Positions 41,326-49,751 of a stretch of 64,000 nucleotides of DNA are shown piece after piece. Position numbers and translations under genes: made by a program. The first letter of the stretch is position 1. Each line of letters starts with the position of its first letter. This DNA comes from Actinomycetes bacterium (lineage in GTDB: Bacteria > Actinomycetota > Thermoleophilia > RBG-16-64-13). The notes below the pieces were generated by a model that saw only the letters and a list, made by a program, of their open reading frames with translations, had not been told where the DNA came from and ran no database searches. Location: contig JAGXFV010000032.1 of NCBI GenBank assembly GCA_024637095.1, forward strand, positions 4,423-68,422, written 5' to 3'.

Positions 41326-42018
41326 CTACTTAGCGTCTGCCGGAGCCTGTTCCGAGGTGGCGCCGTGCGGGCTCGCGCTGTCCGCCGAGCCTTCCATCAT
41401 CTTCACGAACTCGGCCGACAGCAGTCCGATTTCACTATTGGCGTCGATGTCGACCGCCTTCTGCCAGGAGGCCTGCGCGGCTTCACGGTCGTCACTGGAG
41501 AAGTTCACAATGGCCAGGTTGTAGTAGCCGACCTGGCTTTCGGGCTGCGCTTCGACCAGTTGCTCGAGATCAGACTTCGCTGCGTCGACTTCGCCCTGCG
41601 ACAGTTTGACCATCGCAAGACCGGCTAACGCCTCGTCGTTGTCGGCCTCCAGAGCCAGAGCTTCCTCGTACTTGGCGGCGGAATCGTCCAGCCGGCTGGC
41701 CTGAATATAGACGGCGCCCAGGTTCAGTACCGCGTCGATGTTCTTGGGATCCGCATTGTAGGTCTCTTCAGCGTCGGCCACGACCTCTTCCACGGTGGGA
41801 CCCGCGGCGGCGCCGCCCTCGGCGCCCTCGGAGATGTCGGGGTGCTCGGCCGGCATCTCGGCGTCGGGATCGATCGGAGGCGCATTGGTGCCCGAGGTGT
41901 CCTGCGAAGCAACGGCCTCGACTTGTTCATCGTCCCCGGTTAGCGTCGGAATCAGAACAACGAGTCCTACCACCGCCACCGCTGCTGCGATGAGAATGAC
42001 CAGGTTCTGCTTCTTCAT
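41326..42018 (-). CDS. Membrane-anchored TPR-repeat protein
   Basis: Start set at the ATG at 42016-42018 (MKKQNLVILIAAAV...). TPR-like repeats follow (AVLNLGAVYIQASRLDDSAAKYEEAL...). Confidence 0.55.
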   Translation of the reverse strand: MKKQNLVILIAAAVAVVGLVVLIPTLTGDDEQVEAVASQDTSGTNAPPIDPDAEMPAEHPDISEGAEGGAAAGPTVEEVVADAEETYNADPKNIDAVLNLGAVYIQASRLDDSAAKYEEALALEADNDEALAGLAMVKLSQGEVDAAKSDLEQLVEAQPESQVGYYNLAIVNFSSDDREAAQASWQKAVDIDANSEIGLLSAEFVKMMEGSADSASPHGATSEQAPADAK

Positions 42019-42268
42019 TAGGCGGATTTCCTTTCGTGAGTTACCGCAAACGAGCGAGGGTCCATCTCCGACGTGGAATAGTACAGCAACCCCCACCCGC
42101 CGCCAAGGAAGGTCCGGGGGCTTTTGCAAAAGAATTCACTAATAGACCGGCGGCTTCCGGAGGAAAATGGGCTGGGCGCCTCGGGCACCTCGCACCGATG
42201 GCTCCGCGGTGGCCGCGCCCGCCCCGATCGTGGCGGGCGAGAAATGGTCTCATGATACCCTTAGGGGT

Positions 42269-42463
42269 ATGAAGCTCGCCCAGGTCGACTACGCTCTTTG
42301 CCGCTCCTGCGACAAATGCGCCGCCCGTAAATCCTGCCGCACCAAGGCGCTGATCCAAATGGATCGCGGTGAGCCGGCGATCGTAAAGACGGGGGATTGC
42401 ATGGGCTGCGGCGACTGCGTGCCGGCCTGCCCGCACCAGGCGATCAAGATGAAAGAGAGCTAG
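42269..42463 (+). CDS. Small 2x[4Fe-4S] ferredoxin
   Basis: Internal ATG of the 98-aa ORF, then CRSCDKCAARKSC...CMGCGDCVPACP. Confidence 0.5.
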   Translation: MKLAQVDYALCRSCDKCAARKSCRTKALIQMDRGEPAIVKTGDCMGCGDCVPACPHQAIKMKES

Positions 42464-42499
42464 GCTCCCCCTCAGAGCTAGCCTCCGCCCCCTTCAGAG

Positions 42500-44071
42500 C
42501 TAGCCTCCGCCCCCTTGGCCGATCAACTGCAGCAGGCGCTCCTCGCCAAGTGGCCCTGGCGGCGCCACTTGGCCGTTCACCACGAGCGTCGGCACGGTGG
42601 ACACCCGATAGCGCTGAGCCACCTCGGGGAACGCCGTGGCGGCGATCATGTCCGCGGTCACGTGAGGCGAGGCCATGGCGAAGCGGTGAACCAGCCGTAC
42701 GACCCCGGGGCAGTTGGGGCAGGTGGGGGTCACCAGCACTTCGAGATGAACCGGCTCCGTCAATCCGGCCAAGCCCTCGTGGGTCTGCTCGCTCAGCCTA
42801 AACTCGCCGCGCGAGACGTCCATTACGTCATCCAGAAAGGCGCCGAACTCGTAGCCCGCAGGTACCCCATAGAAACGGATGCGGGGATGCTGATCGCTCT
42901 CCTTGCCGATGAGAGTCGCGGGGATGCGCTCGACGCCCAGGTCCTCGGCCCGTTCATGATCCTGCAGGAAGTCCAGCAACTCGAGTTCGAGCTTGGGAGA
43001 TAGCCCCGCGAACTCACTCAGCAGACGTCGGGCTTCTTCACACTCGTGACAGGCGAGGCTGGACATCTCGGAGTCCGACAATTGGGAAAAGTGCACCAGC
43101 CTCACCGGATCCACCAGCTTTCCCAGGATCCGAGACAGATTGGCTCGATCCTCCGAGGTGATGGCCTGCGGCTCTTCCGGCCGTCCGCCCTCCCGGCTGC
43201 GGGCGAATCTCACGGCGCTGAGGGCTGCGACCTGCCCTTCTCCCACCGCCTTCGCGATCTGGTAAGGCTCTCCAACGGAGTCACCCGCAGCGAAGATCCC
43301 GGGGATGCCGGTCTCCATCATACGGTTGACCTTGATGTGCCGGCCCTCGAACTCGAGCCCGTCCACCAGGGTCGACGGGGAGACACTCTCCCGGAAGATG
43401 AACACCCCATCGGCCACGAGCTCCCGTTCCGGCAGCACGACGTGGACCTTCATCCCTTCGCGGTACAGGCGGTCCGGCCGCTGCCGGGGAAGGACCTCGA
43501 CCTCGGCGGGAAGCTCGTAAGGCCCTTCGTACAGCGGGATGAACTTCACCTGACAGCCCATATCCTCGGCCAGGGCAGCAGCTTCCTCCTCACCTTCCTG
43601 GGCGTAGCTGATGAAAGCCACCTCGCGTCCGGCGTACAGGCGGCCGTCGCAGTTGACACAGTAGCTGACGCCCATGCCCACCAGATCGTCCTCGCCCTCG
43701 AGGGTCGAGCCCCGGTAGACCCCGGGCGCCAGGATGATTGCCTGGGCGTGATAGTTATCCCGGTCGGTGGAGACCATCAACTCGTCCTCGCCGGGAAGAA
43801 TGCGCGTCACCCGTTCTTTGAGCAGGGTCACCTCGAAGCGTTCCAGATGCTCGAGAAAACTCTCGGCGAGTTCCTCCCCGGTGGTGAAGGTGAAGCCCGG
43901 ATAGTTGGGGATATGCGGCGCACGTCGGGTCTTCGAAAAGGGCCGCAGCGCGTCGAACACCGCCACCGTGCGTTTGCGGTTGGCCACATTCATAGCGGCG
44001 GAGAGGCCCGCCGGTCCCGCGCCTACCACGATCACGTCATAGCCCGACGATTTGCTCTCAGGAGTGGTCAC
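42500..44071 (-). CDS. Thioredoxin-reductase-like flavoprotein fused to C-terminal thioredoxin/PDO-like domains
   Basis: GTG at 44069-44071 behind GAGGTGA. YDVIVVGAGPAG, a TrxR-like redox-active SYCVNCDG, then thioredoxin-fold segments carrying LACHEC and TPTCPNCP. Confidence 0.6.
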   Translation of the reverse strand: MTTPESKSSGYDVIVVGAGPAGLSAAMNVANRKRTVAVFDALRPFSKTRRAPHIPNYPGFTFTTGEELAESFLEHLERFEVTLLKERVTRILPGEDELMVSTDRDNYHAQAIILAPGVYRGSTLEGEDDLVGMGVSYCVNCDGRLYAGREVAFISYAQEGEEEAAALAEDMGCQVKFIPLYEGPYELPAEVEVLPRQRPDRLYREGMKVHVVLPERELVADGVFIFRESVSPSTLVDGLEFEGRHIKVNRMMETGIPGIFAAGDSVGEPYQIAKAVGEGQVAALSAVRFARSREGGRPEEPQAITSEDRANLSRILGKLVDPVRLVHFSQLSDSEMSSLACHECEEARRLLSEFAGLSPKLELELLDFLQDHERAEDLGVERIPATLIGKESDQHPRIRFYGVPAGYEFGAFLDDVMDVSRGEFRLSEQTHEGLAGLTEPVHLEVLVTPTCPNCPGVVRLVHRFAMASPHVTADMIAATAFPEVAQRYRVSTVPTLVVNGQVAPPGPLGEERLLQLIGQGGGG

Positions 44072-44213
44072 GTCTTCACCTCGTCCGTGCGAATGGTTCC
44101 TGTCGCTTCTACCCGCGCGGAAGAGGGCGAAAAACGGGGAGGCGGGCCGAGCCCGCCTCCCCGTCGTTTTCCGACGTTCTCCTTTGGGGCCGCCACATCT
44201 CAGGGATCGGGGG

Positions 44214-44837
44214 TCAGGCCCCGCTCTCCTCGACCACGCGACCAGTCTCATCCACCGATTGCCAGTAGCAGCCCGTGAACATCGCGCGCGTCCGGGCGAG
44301 GGGCTGCATCAGCACCAGGTAGATGTGCACCAGCGTGAAGGACACGAACACCCAGGCAATTAGGAAGTGGATCTGCCGGGCGGTCATGAGTCCCCCGAAC
44401 AAGTCCACCAACCAGAAGAGCCGGGTCGGCCAGTAGAGGGCGAAGCCGACCAGCACCATAACCGCGGAAAGGACGAACAGCAGCAAGTAGGTGATGATCT
44501 GCAACGGGTTGTACTTTCGCAGATGGATGTTCTCGTCCGTTATGAACAGGTAGTACTTGAGAGAGTTGCCCAGCCCCGACATGTTGCGCGGAGTGGGCCC
44601 TGCCTGAGACCACTTGCCGCTGGCGAAGAACTGATAGATGTGAAACAGCCCTATGAACACGAATAGGTACATGTCCACGAAGTGCACCCAGCGGGCGTTG
44701 TTCATACTGCCGAACACGTTGAACTCCGGCCAGTGGATCTGAAACCCGGACAGTACCAGCAGCACGGTGTTGGCGAGGTGGATCCAATGGCCGGTGCGCT
44801 CAATGGGATCGTGATAGCAAAGCAGCTGGCGTTTCAT
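44214..44837 (-). CDS. [NiFe] hydrogenase b-type cytochrome membrane subunit (HyaC/HupC family)
   Basis: 207 aa with four TM helices and conserved His ligands. Immediately downstream of the large subunit. Confidence 0.8.
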   Translation of the reverse strand: MKRQLLCYHDPIERTGHWIHLANTVLLVLSGFQIHWPEFNVFGSMNNARWVHFVDMYLFVFIGLFHIYQFFASGKWSQAGPTPRNMSGLGNSLKYYLFITDENIHLRKYNPLQIITYLLLFVLSAVMVLVGFALYWPTRLFWLVDLFGGLMTARQIHFLIAWVFVSFTLVHIYLVLMQPLARTRAMFTGCYWQSVDETGRVVEESGA

Positions 44838-44849
44838 GGCTCCCCTTCC

Positions 44850-46487
44850 TCACCGCACCTTGAAGTCGAGAACCCGGTTGCTCTTCGGTTCAATCACGTG
44901 AACCGAGCACGCCATTCAGGGATCGAAGCTGTGCAGGGTGCGCAACACCTCCAGCGGCCGCTCCGGGTCGGCCACCGGCGTGCCCACCAGCGCCTCTTCC
45001 ACCGGTCCCCGGATGCGCTCGGCCGTCATCCGCGGTGAGAAGTTCCAACCGGACGGGGTGATCACCGAGTAGTGGCTGACCACGCCATCATCCAATTCAA
45101 CCCAATGCGAGAGTGAACCCCGAGGCGCATCCCAGCCGCTGAAGCCACGACCGCTGGGGTTGTCCGGGAAGGGCTCGAAGAAATCGAGGTCCCCACCCTT
45201 CATGTTCTCGCGCAGAGCCGCGACATAGGCCAGAGTCTGATCGGCCACCAGTTGGATCTTGAGCGTGCGGGCGGCGATCCGTCCGAGATTGGAGAAGAGC
45301 ACCGGGATGTTGCCGGCCTGGCCGACGGCGGCCAGGGTGTTGTCCACCATCTGCTTGGCCGGATGGGAGTCTCCATGGACCAGGTAGGCCATCAACATCT
45401 CCGCCAGGGGGCCGACTTCGCACGGCACGCCCTTGAGTGTCGAACCGCGATCCCAGGCGTAGCGGTCCAGTCCCGCCACCTCGGTGATGCCGTGAGGGCC
45501 GGTGAAGTCCGGCCTTTGCTTGGCCTCGTAGGGATGCATGTCGTCGAAGGGCTCCTGCCAGGTGCTTGTGTACCAGACGCGCACATCCTCCAGTTGGTCG
45601 ACAGGCTGAACGTCGAGGTTGCCCTCCAGCGCACCGATGACAGCGCCCTGGGGGAAGAAGCGGTTCTCGGGCCGGCCTTCCTCCATGTCGTTCCAGTCGA
45701 GCACACCCCAACTGAAGTAGTTGCCGTGGCCCTGCCCTATGGTCGCCTGGTCCAGGTAGTAGGGGGCGATGGCCAGCAGGTCGGGAACCATCTTGTTGTC
45801 GATGAAGTCCTTGACCTGCTGCACCTTGAAGGCATAGCGGTTGATCTGCTCCTCATGGGGGACCGAGGACCAGCCGCCGGGCGGAGTCGACATATGGTGC
45901 GGGAACTTGCCCCCGAAGACGGCGAAGGCCTCCGAGGCCGTAGCCTGAATGGAGACCGATTCGAGATAGTGTGCAGCCAGTTGCAGGTTGAGCTCGGGAG
46001 GCAAGGTGTAGGCCGGATGATCCCAGTAGCCGCTCTCCAGGAAGCCGAGTTGGCCGGAATCCACGAAGGCCTGCAGCCGCCGTTGCACCGTTTGCAAACC
46101 CTCAGAGGAGGCCTGTGCCCCGAGCGCGCTGGGCACGTTTACGTAATCCAGGCCGTTCAGGACGTAGAACCAGAGCACGTGGTCGTGGAGCAACTGCCCG
46201 CACTCGAGCAGGTTGCGCATCAGGCGGCCGTTCACGGGGATGTTCACGCCCGCCGCGTCTTCCAGAGCGAAGGCGGAGTTGTGGCCGTGCGGCGCTGGGC
46301 ACACTCCGCAGATCCGCTCGGTGTAGTGCTGAGCGTCATACCAGGGTCGGCCTTCGACGATGGTCTCCATGCCGCGGAAGAGCGTGCTGCACGTCCAGGC
46401 GTCCGTCACCACTCCGTTCTCCACCTCTACCTCTACGTGAAGGTGGCCCTCGATGCGGGTGACCGGGTCGATGATGATCTTCGGCAT
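44850..46487 (-). CDS. [NiFeSe] hydrogenase large subunit, with TGA (Sec) at 44916-44918 in the C-terminal DP-U-MAC-SVH motif and a 15-aa protease-cleavable tail
   Basis: N-terminus RICGVCPAPH (the L1 motif). The ORF stops at ...LRTLHSFDP, and the same frame continues TGA-MACSVHVIEPKSNRVLDFKVR-TGA. This recreates DPUxxCxxH exactly. Confidence 0.85.
44886..44905 (-). promoter_or_regulatory. bSECIS-like hairpin 11 nt downstream of the hydrogenase UGA
   Basis: RNA: UGA-AUGGCGUGCU-CGGUUCA-cgugau-UGAACCG. This is a perfect 7-bp stem beginning at +11 with a G/U-containing loop. Confidence 0.5.
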
Positions 46488-47594
46488 CTAGACCTCCTCC
46501 TCTTCTTCGACCACCTCTTGGGTCTTGCCGAGGCGCCCCCGGGCGGCGCTGACAGCGAAGTGGGCGGCGATGGCGGCACCGGTGGCGGCAGCCAGTCCAA
46601 TGCCGATGGTGTCGGCGTCGGCGCGGATCCCCCCGACTCCCGGAATGGCGATTCCGGGCATGGGCTCATAGAAATCGATCAGCTCATCCCAGAAGTCCTT
46701 CTCGGCGCAGCCGATGCACTGGCCCGCCTGCACGCACCAGGAGGTGCGCCCGTTGAAGAGGACCTGAGGACAGTCGGCGAAGGTGCTGGGGCCGCGGCAG
46801 CCCATTTTGTACAGGCAATAGCGGTTGAACTCGTCCTCGCTGCCCAGCTGCTCGACGAAACGGCCCTCGTCGAAGTGAGATCGCCGCTCGCACATGTCGT
46901 GAACCTTCTTGCCGAAATGAACCAGCGGGCGGCGCCAGCGATCCGTCTCGGGCAGAGCCCCACGGGTCAGGAAGTAGGTGATGGTCGAAGTCAGGTGAAC
47001 CGGATTCACGGGGCAGGTGGTCAGCTGCACGAGCTTATCCGTGTCCATGCCCTCGCTCTCCATGAATTCCAGCATGCCCATGGCTCCGGTCGGGTTCGGG
47101 TGGGCGGCCTGGACGTTGCCGAAAGCGGCGCAGTTGCCAATTGCGATCACCAGCGCCGCCGCCGGGATGACCTCTCGGGCGATGTCGACCGAGGTCCGAC
47201 CTCCGACGGTCATGGCATTCTCTATCCCGGTGGCCACCGATCCCTCGACCACCAGGACGTAGCCGCCCGCGGACACGTTCTTCGCGAGGCTCTGGTGCGC
47301 ATTCTCTCCCGCGCCGGCCATGATGGCCTCGTGGTATTCGACGCTGACCAGATCGAGCACCAGGCTGACGAAGTCGGGATCGCGGCTCTTGGTGACAGAT
47401 TCGGTGCAACCCAAGCATTCCTGCCATGTCACCCAGACGACCGGCCGGCGCTCGGCCGCCTGAGCCAGCGCCCGCGCAATGTTGGGAGCGAAGGAGCTCC
47501 CCAATCCCATGGCCGCGGCCAGCGTGGTGCAGCCCTTCAGGAAATCTCGCCGGCTTAGATCGTGCGCTTCCAGGGCCTTCTCAAGTCGATTCAC
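46488..47594 (-). CDS. [NiFe] hydrogenase small subunit with a Tat signal
   Basis: GTG at 47592-47594 behind AAGGGGTGG. ...LSRRDFLKGCTTLAAAMGLG..., then VWVTWQECLGCTES and distal cluster Cys. The stop abuts the large-subunit start. Confidence 0.85.
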   Translation of the reverse strand: MNRLEKALEAHDLSRRDFLKGCTTLAAAMGLGSSFAPNIARALAQAAERRPVVWVTWQECLGCTESVTKSRDPDFVSLVLDLVSVEYHEAIMAGAGENAHQSLAKNVSAGGYVLVVEGSVATGIENAMTVGGRTSVDIAREVIPAAALVIAIGNCAAFGNVQAAHPNPTGAMGMLEFMESEGMDTDKLVQLTTCPVNPVHLTSTITYFLTRGALPETDRWRRPLVHFGKKVHDMCERRSHFDEGRFVEQLGSEDEFNRYCLYKMGCRGPSTFADCPQVLFNGRTSWCVQAGQCIGCAEKDFWDELIDFYEPMPGIAIPGVGGIRADADTIGIGLAAATGAAIAAHFAVSAARGRLGKTQEVVEEEEEV

Positions 47595-47819
47595 GCCGAC
47601 CACCCCTTGCGCAGGTTCTTGAGCGCCACGCCAAATCCTGTGCCGGCCAGGGCGCCGTACAGAAACTTGAGGAACTCGAGACGGGTAAGCCTCATCCATC
47701 AACCTCCTTCCGATTCACCAAGGCCCGGCGGGCGCTGCCCGGACGGGGTGCGGGAAGAGGAGACCATGGCGAGCTCCGGCCCAAGGCGCCGGACCCCAAC
47801 CGGCTCTGCGCCTCGAGAT

Positions 47820-47864
47820 AAGCTTGTACTCCAAGCCGTTTTAAGCTTGCCATCCAAGCCGTTT
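47820..47864. repeat. Two tandem copies of a 22-23 bp direct repeat in the hydrogenase upstream region. Candidate regulator-binding site.
   Basis: AAGCTTGTACTCCAAGCCGTTT t AAGCTTGCCATCCAAGCCGTTT, about 230-270 bp upstream of the small-subunit start codon. Confidence 0.4.
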
Positions 47865-48032
47865 GCCCGCGGCGGTTCCTGCACTGCTGCCGATTCTATT
47901 GACTTTGCGCTGCCGGCGAAAGCCCTCCATTACCGGGGAATGGAAAGCGCAGCCGCAAAAAACAAAGTAGGGCGGCCCCGGGGGGCCGCCCTACCCTGCA
48001 ACAGGTTGGCGAAAAAGCTATTGGCGCGGCCC

Positions 48033-48593
48033 TTATCCGTCGAACCGGCGAAGTTCGTCGTCGAGTCGGGCGCGCACCTGATCGGAGCCTTCTCGATTCA
48101 CAGGGATCGGCACTGCGGCGGCGGGCTCGTCCTGGCGGCGCCAGCGCTGAATCACGAACAAGAGGGCGCCGAGGGCCACCAACGTGGCCAAGGTCGGGAA
48201 GAGATAGGCCATCAGGCCGAAACCCGACTTCTCGGGGGCGGCGAGTATCTGCGTACCGTAACGGTCTTTGAAAAAGCCGACAATCTCGCCCTTGTCCGAG
48301 CCGCTCACCACCATCGAACGTATCTGGGCCTTTATCTCTTCAGCCTTCTCGCTGTTGTGCTCCGCGACGGTCTGGGTGTAGCAGCAGGGAGCGATGAGCT
48401 CTCCCTCCAAGGACCGAGCCAACGATTCCTGCTCGGAAGACAGGATCTCCGCTGTATCGGCCAAAGCGGCCCCGGGAACCAAGAACATCGCGGCCAAGAG
48501 CAGAAAGGCCGAGACCACGAGGGCAAGGGGGCTCAGCCCAAGCCCTTTCCCATCAGCGCGCGACATCAATGCTCCTCTCTCCGGTGAACTCAC
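48033..48593 (-). CDS. Second CcmH-like paralogue (periplasmic CC motif, C-terminal TM helix)
   Basis: 186 aa. The C-terminal 60 residues are nearly colinear with the ccmH-like gene at 34884..35378 (LAAPEKSGFGLMAYLFP...RARLDDELRRFD). The Cys motif is APCCYTQT. Confidence 0.45.
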   Translation of the reverse strand: MSSPERGALMSRADGKGLGLSPLALVVSAFLLLAAMFLVPGAALADTAEILSSEQESLARSLEGELIAPCCYTQTVAEHNSEKAEEIKAQIRSMVVSGSDKGEIVGFFKDRYGTQILAAPEKSGFGLMAYLFPTLATLVALGALLFVIQRWRRQDEPAAAVPIPVNREGSDQVRARLDDELRRFDG

Positions 48594-48611
48594 CGAAAAC
48601 GTTTAGAGCCC

Positions 48612-48815
48612 TCAGCCAAAACCGCTCGAGGGACAGTTGGGAGCCCCACCGGCGCTCGAAGAGGAGGAAGTGCAGGCCATGAACCCGGTGAAAAGCTGCT
48701 CGATTTCGCGACTGCCACAATCAGGGCAGAGGCGATTCTCGTCCTTCAGGAATCCCTGTACGAAGACCTCGAAGTCGTTCCCGCAAGACGTGCAGCGCAG
48801 ATCGTAAGACGCCAT
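48612..48815 (-). CDS. FmdB-family zinc-ribbon protein
   Basis: 67 aa. MASYDLRCTSCGNDFEVF...CPDCGS. Confidence 0.55.
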   Translation of the reverse strand: MASYDLRCTSCGNDFEVFVQGFLKDENRLCPDCGSREIEQLFTGFMACTSSSSSAGGAPNCPSSGFG

Positions 48816-49145
48816 CTATTCCAGAGCTCCCTGAGCCTTGAGTTCGTTTACCACCCAGCCGAAGGAGAGCACGGGCGGAGTCTTCACCTCGTCGCCCGAA
48901 AGAACCATGGGAAGAGGCCGGCCCTCCTCGACTGCTTTGGCCAACGAAGGATACTCCGCCAGCTCTGAATTGTCGACGTCCACATAACGAATGCGCACCT
49001 GATCGCCGTAGTCCTGCTGCAGGTAGCGGTTGATATAACCCACCGTCTCTTCCAGAGACAGAGGAGGAGCTCAACCACCCCCGCGGCACGCGTCGTATGC
49101 GTGCGAACCAACCACGACCAGCTCTCCGGTTTTTACGTTTGCCAC
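48816..49145 (-). CDS. Small thioredoxin-fold, ArsD-like protein with an in-frame TGA (predicted Sec) at 49071-49073, giving a C-x4-U motif. 109 aa if read through.
   Basis: GTG at 49143-49145 behind GGAGGCAAA. Reads MANVKTGELVVVGSHAYDACRGGG-[TGA]-APPLSLEETVGYINRYLQQDYGDQVRIRYVDVDNS...LPMVLSGDEV..., with the TGA at the N-terminus of helix 1, where redox residues sit. The track only has the post-TGA part (48816..49043). Confidence 0.45.
49043..49064 (-). promoter_or_regulatory. Hairpin 7 nt after the ArsD-like UGA (candidate bSECIS)
   Basis: RNA: UGA-GCUCCU-CUG-UCUC-uggaa-GAGA-CGG. This is about 7 bp including one G·U, with a GG-containing loop. Confidence 0.3.
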
Positions 49146-49153
49146 TTTGCCTC

Positions 49154-49480
49154 CTAAGTGAGCCCGAACTCGCGCTCGTAGTCCTTCTGGCTCCGCGCAC
49201 CGATGATCTGAGCCGAAACCTGACCCTTCTCGAAGAGGATCACGGTGGGAATGCTCATGATGCCGTAACGAGCCGCGAGCTCCTGATTCTCATCCACATT
49301 GACTTTGAGCACCTTGACGCTCTCAGTGTGCTCGCCGGCGAGCTTTTCGAGGACCGGTCCAACCATCTTGCAAGGACCGCACCATGGAGCCCAGAAGTCG
49401 ACCACCACTTTGCCGTCCGCGCTGATTACCTCGTCATCAAACACAGTCGTGTCGATGTCCCGCACTTGTCCGTCACCCAC
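49154..49480 (-). CDS. trxA: Thioredoxin
   Basis: GTG at 49478-49480 behind AAAGGAG. 108 aa. WAPWCGPCK. Confidence 0.85.
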   Translation of the reverse strand: MGDGQVRDIDTTVFDDEVISADGKVVVDFWAPWCGPCKMVGPVLEKLAGEHTESVKVLKVNVDENQELAARYGIMSIPTVILFEKGQVSAQIIGARSQKDYEREFGLT

Positions 49481-49751
49481 GTCGAACTCCTTTCGGCGGA
49501 GTCCCCTCGAACGACCCTGCTTGACAACTAGGCTCCACGAGGCGACCGCTCCCGCTTTACGAAACAGGCCACACCGCGCCCGCCTTAATACCCAAGGGGG
49601 TATATTAGCGGCCTCCGGTAGGGAGAACAAGATCACCAATCATTATTTTGTTGATGGTCTTGGGGCACGTGGCCTCTGCTCCTCGGATTACCCGGTGCGT
49701 GTTCTCGGTAACCCGTGGCGGCCCGCGTCCTGGGTCTATAATGCCCGCCGG

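Noticed and set aside
43046-44278. 410-aa ORF on the + strand
   Set aside because: Antisense to the TrxR-fusion gene, with no motifs.
45252-47558. 768-aa ORF on the + strand
   Set aside because: Antisense to the hydrogenase large and small subunit genes. It is a stop-free frame produced by GC3 bias.
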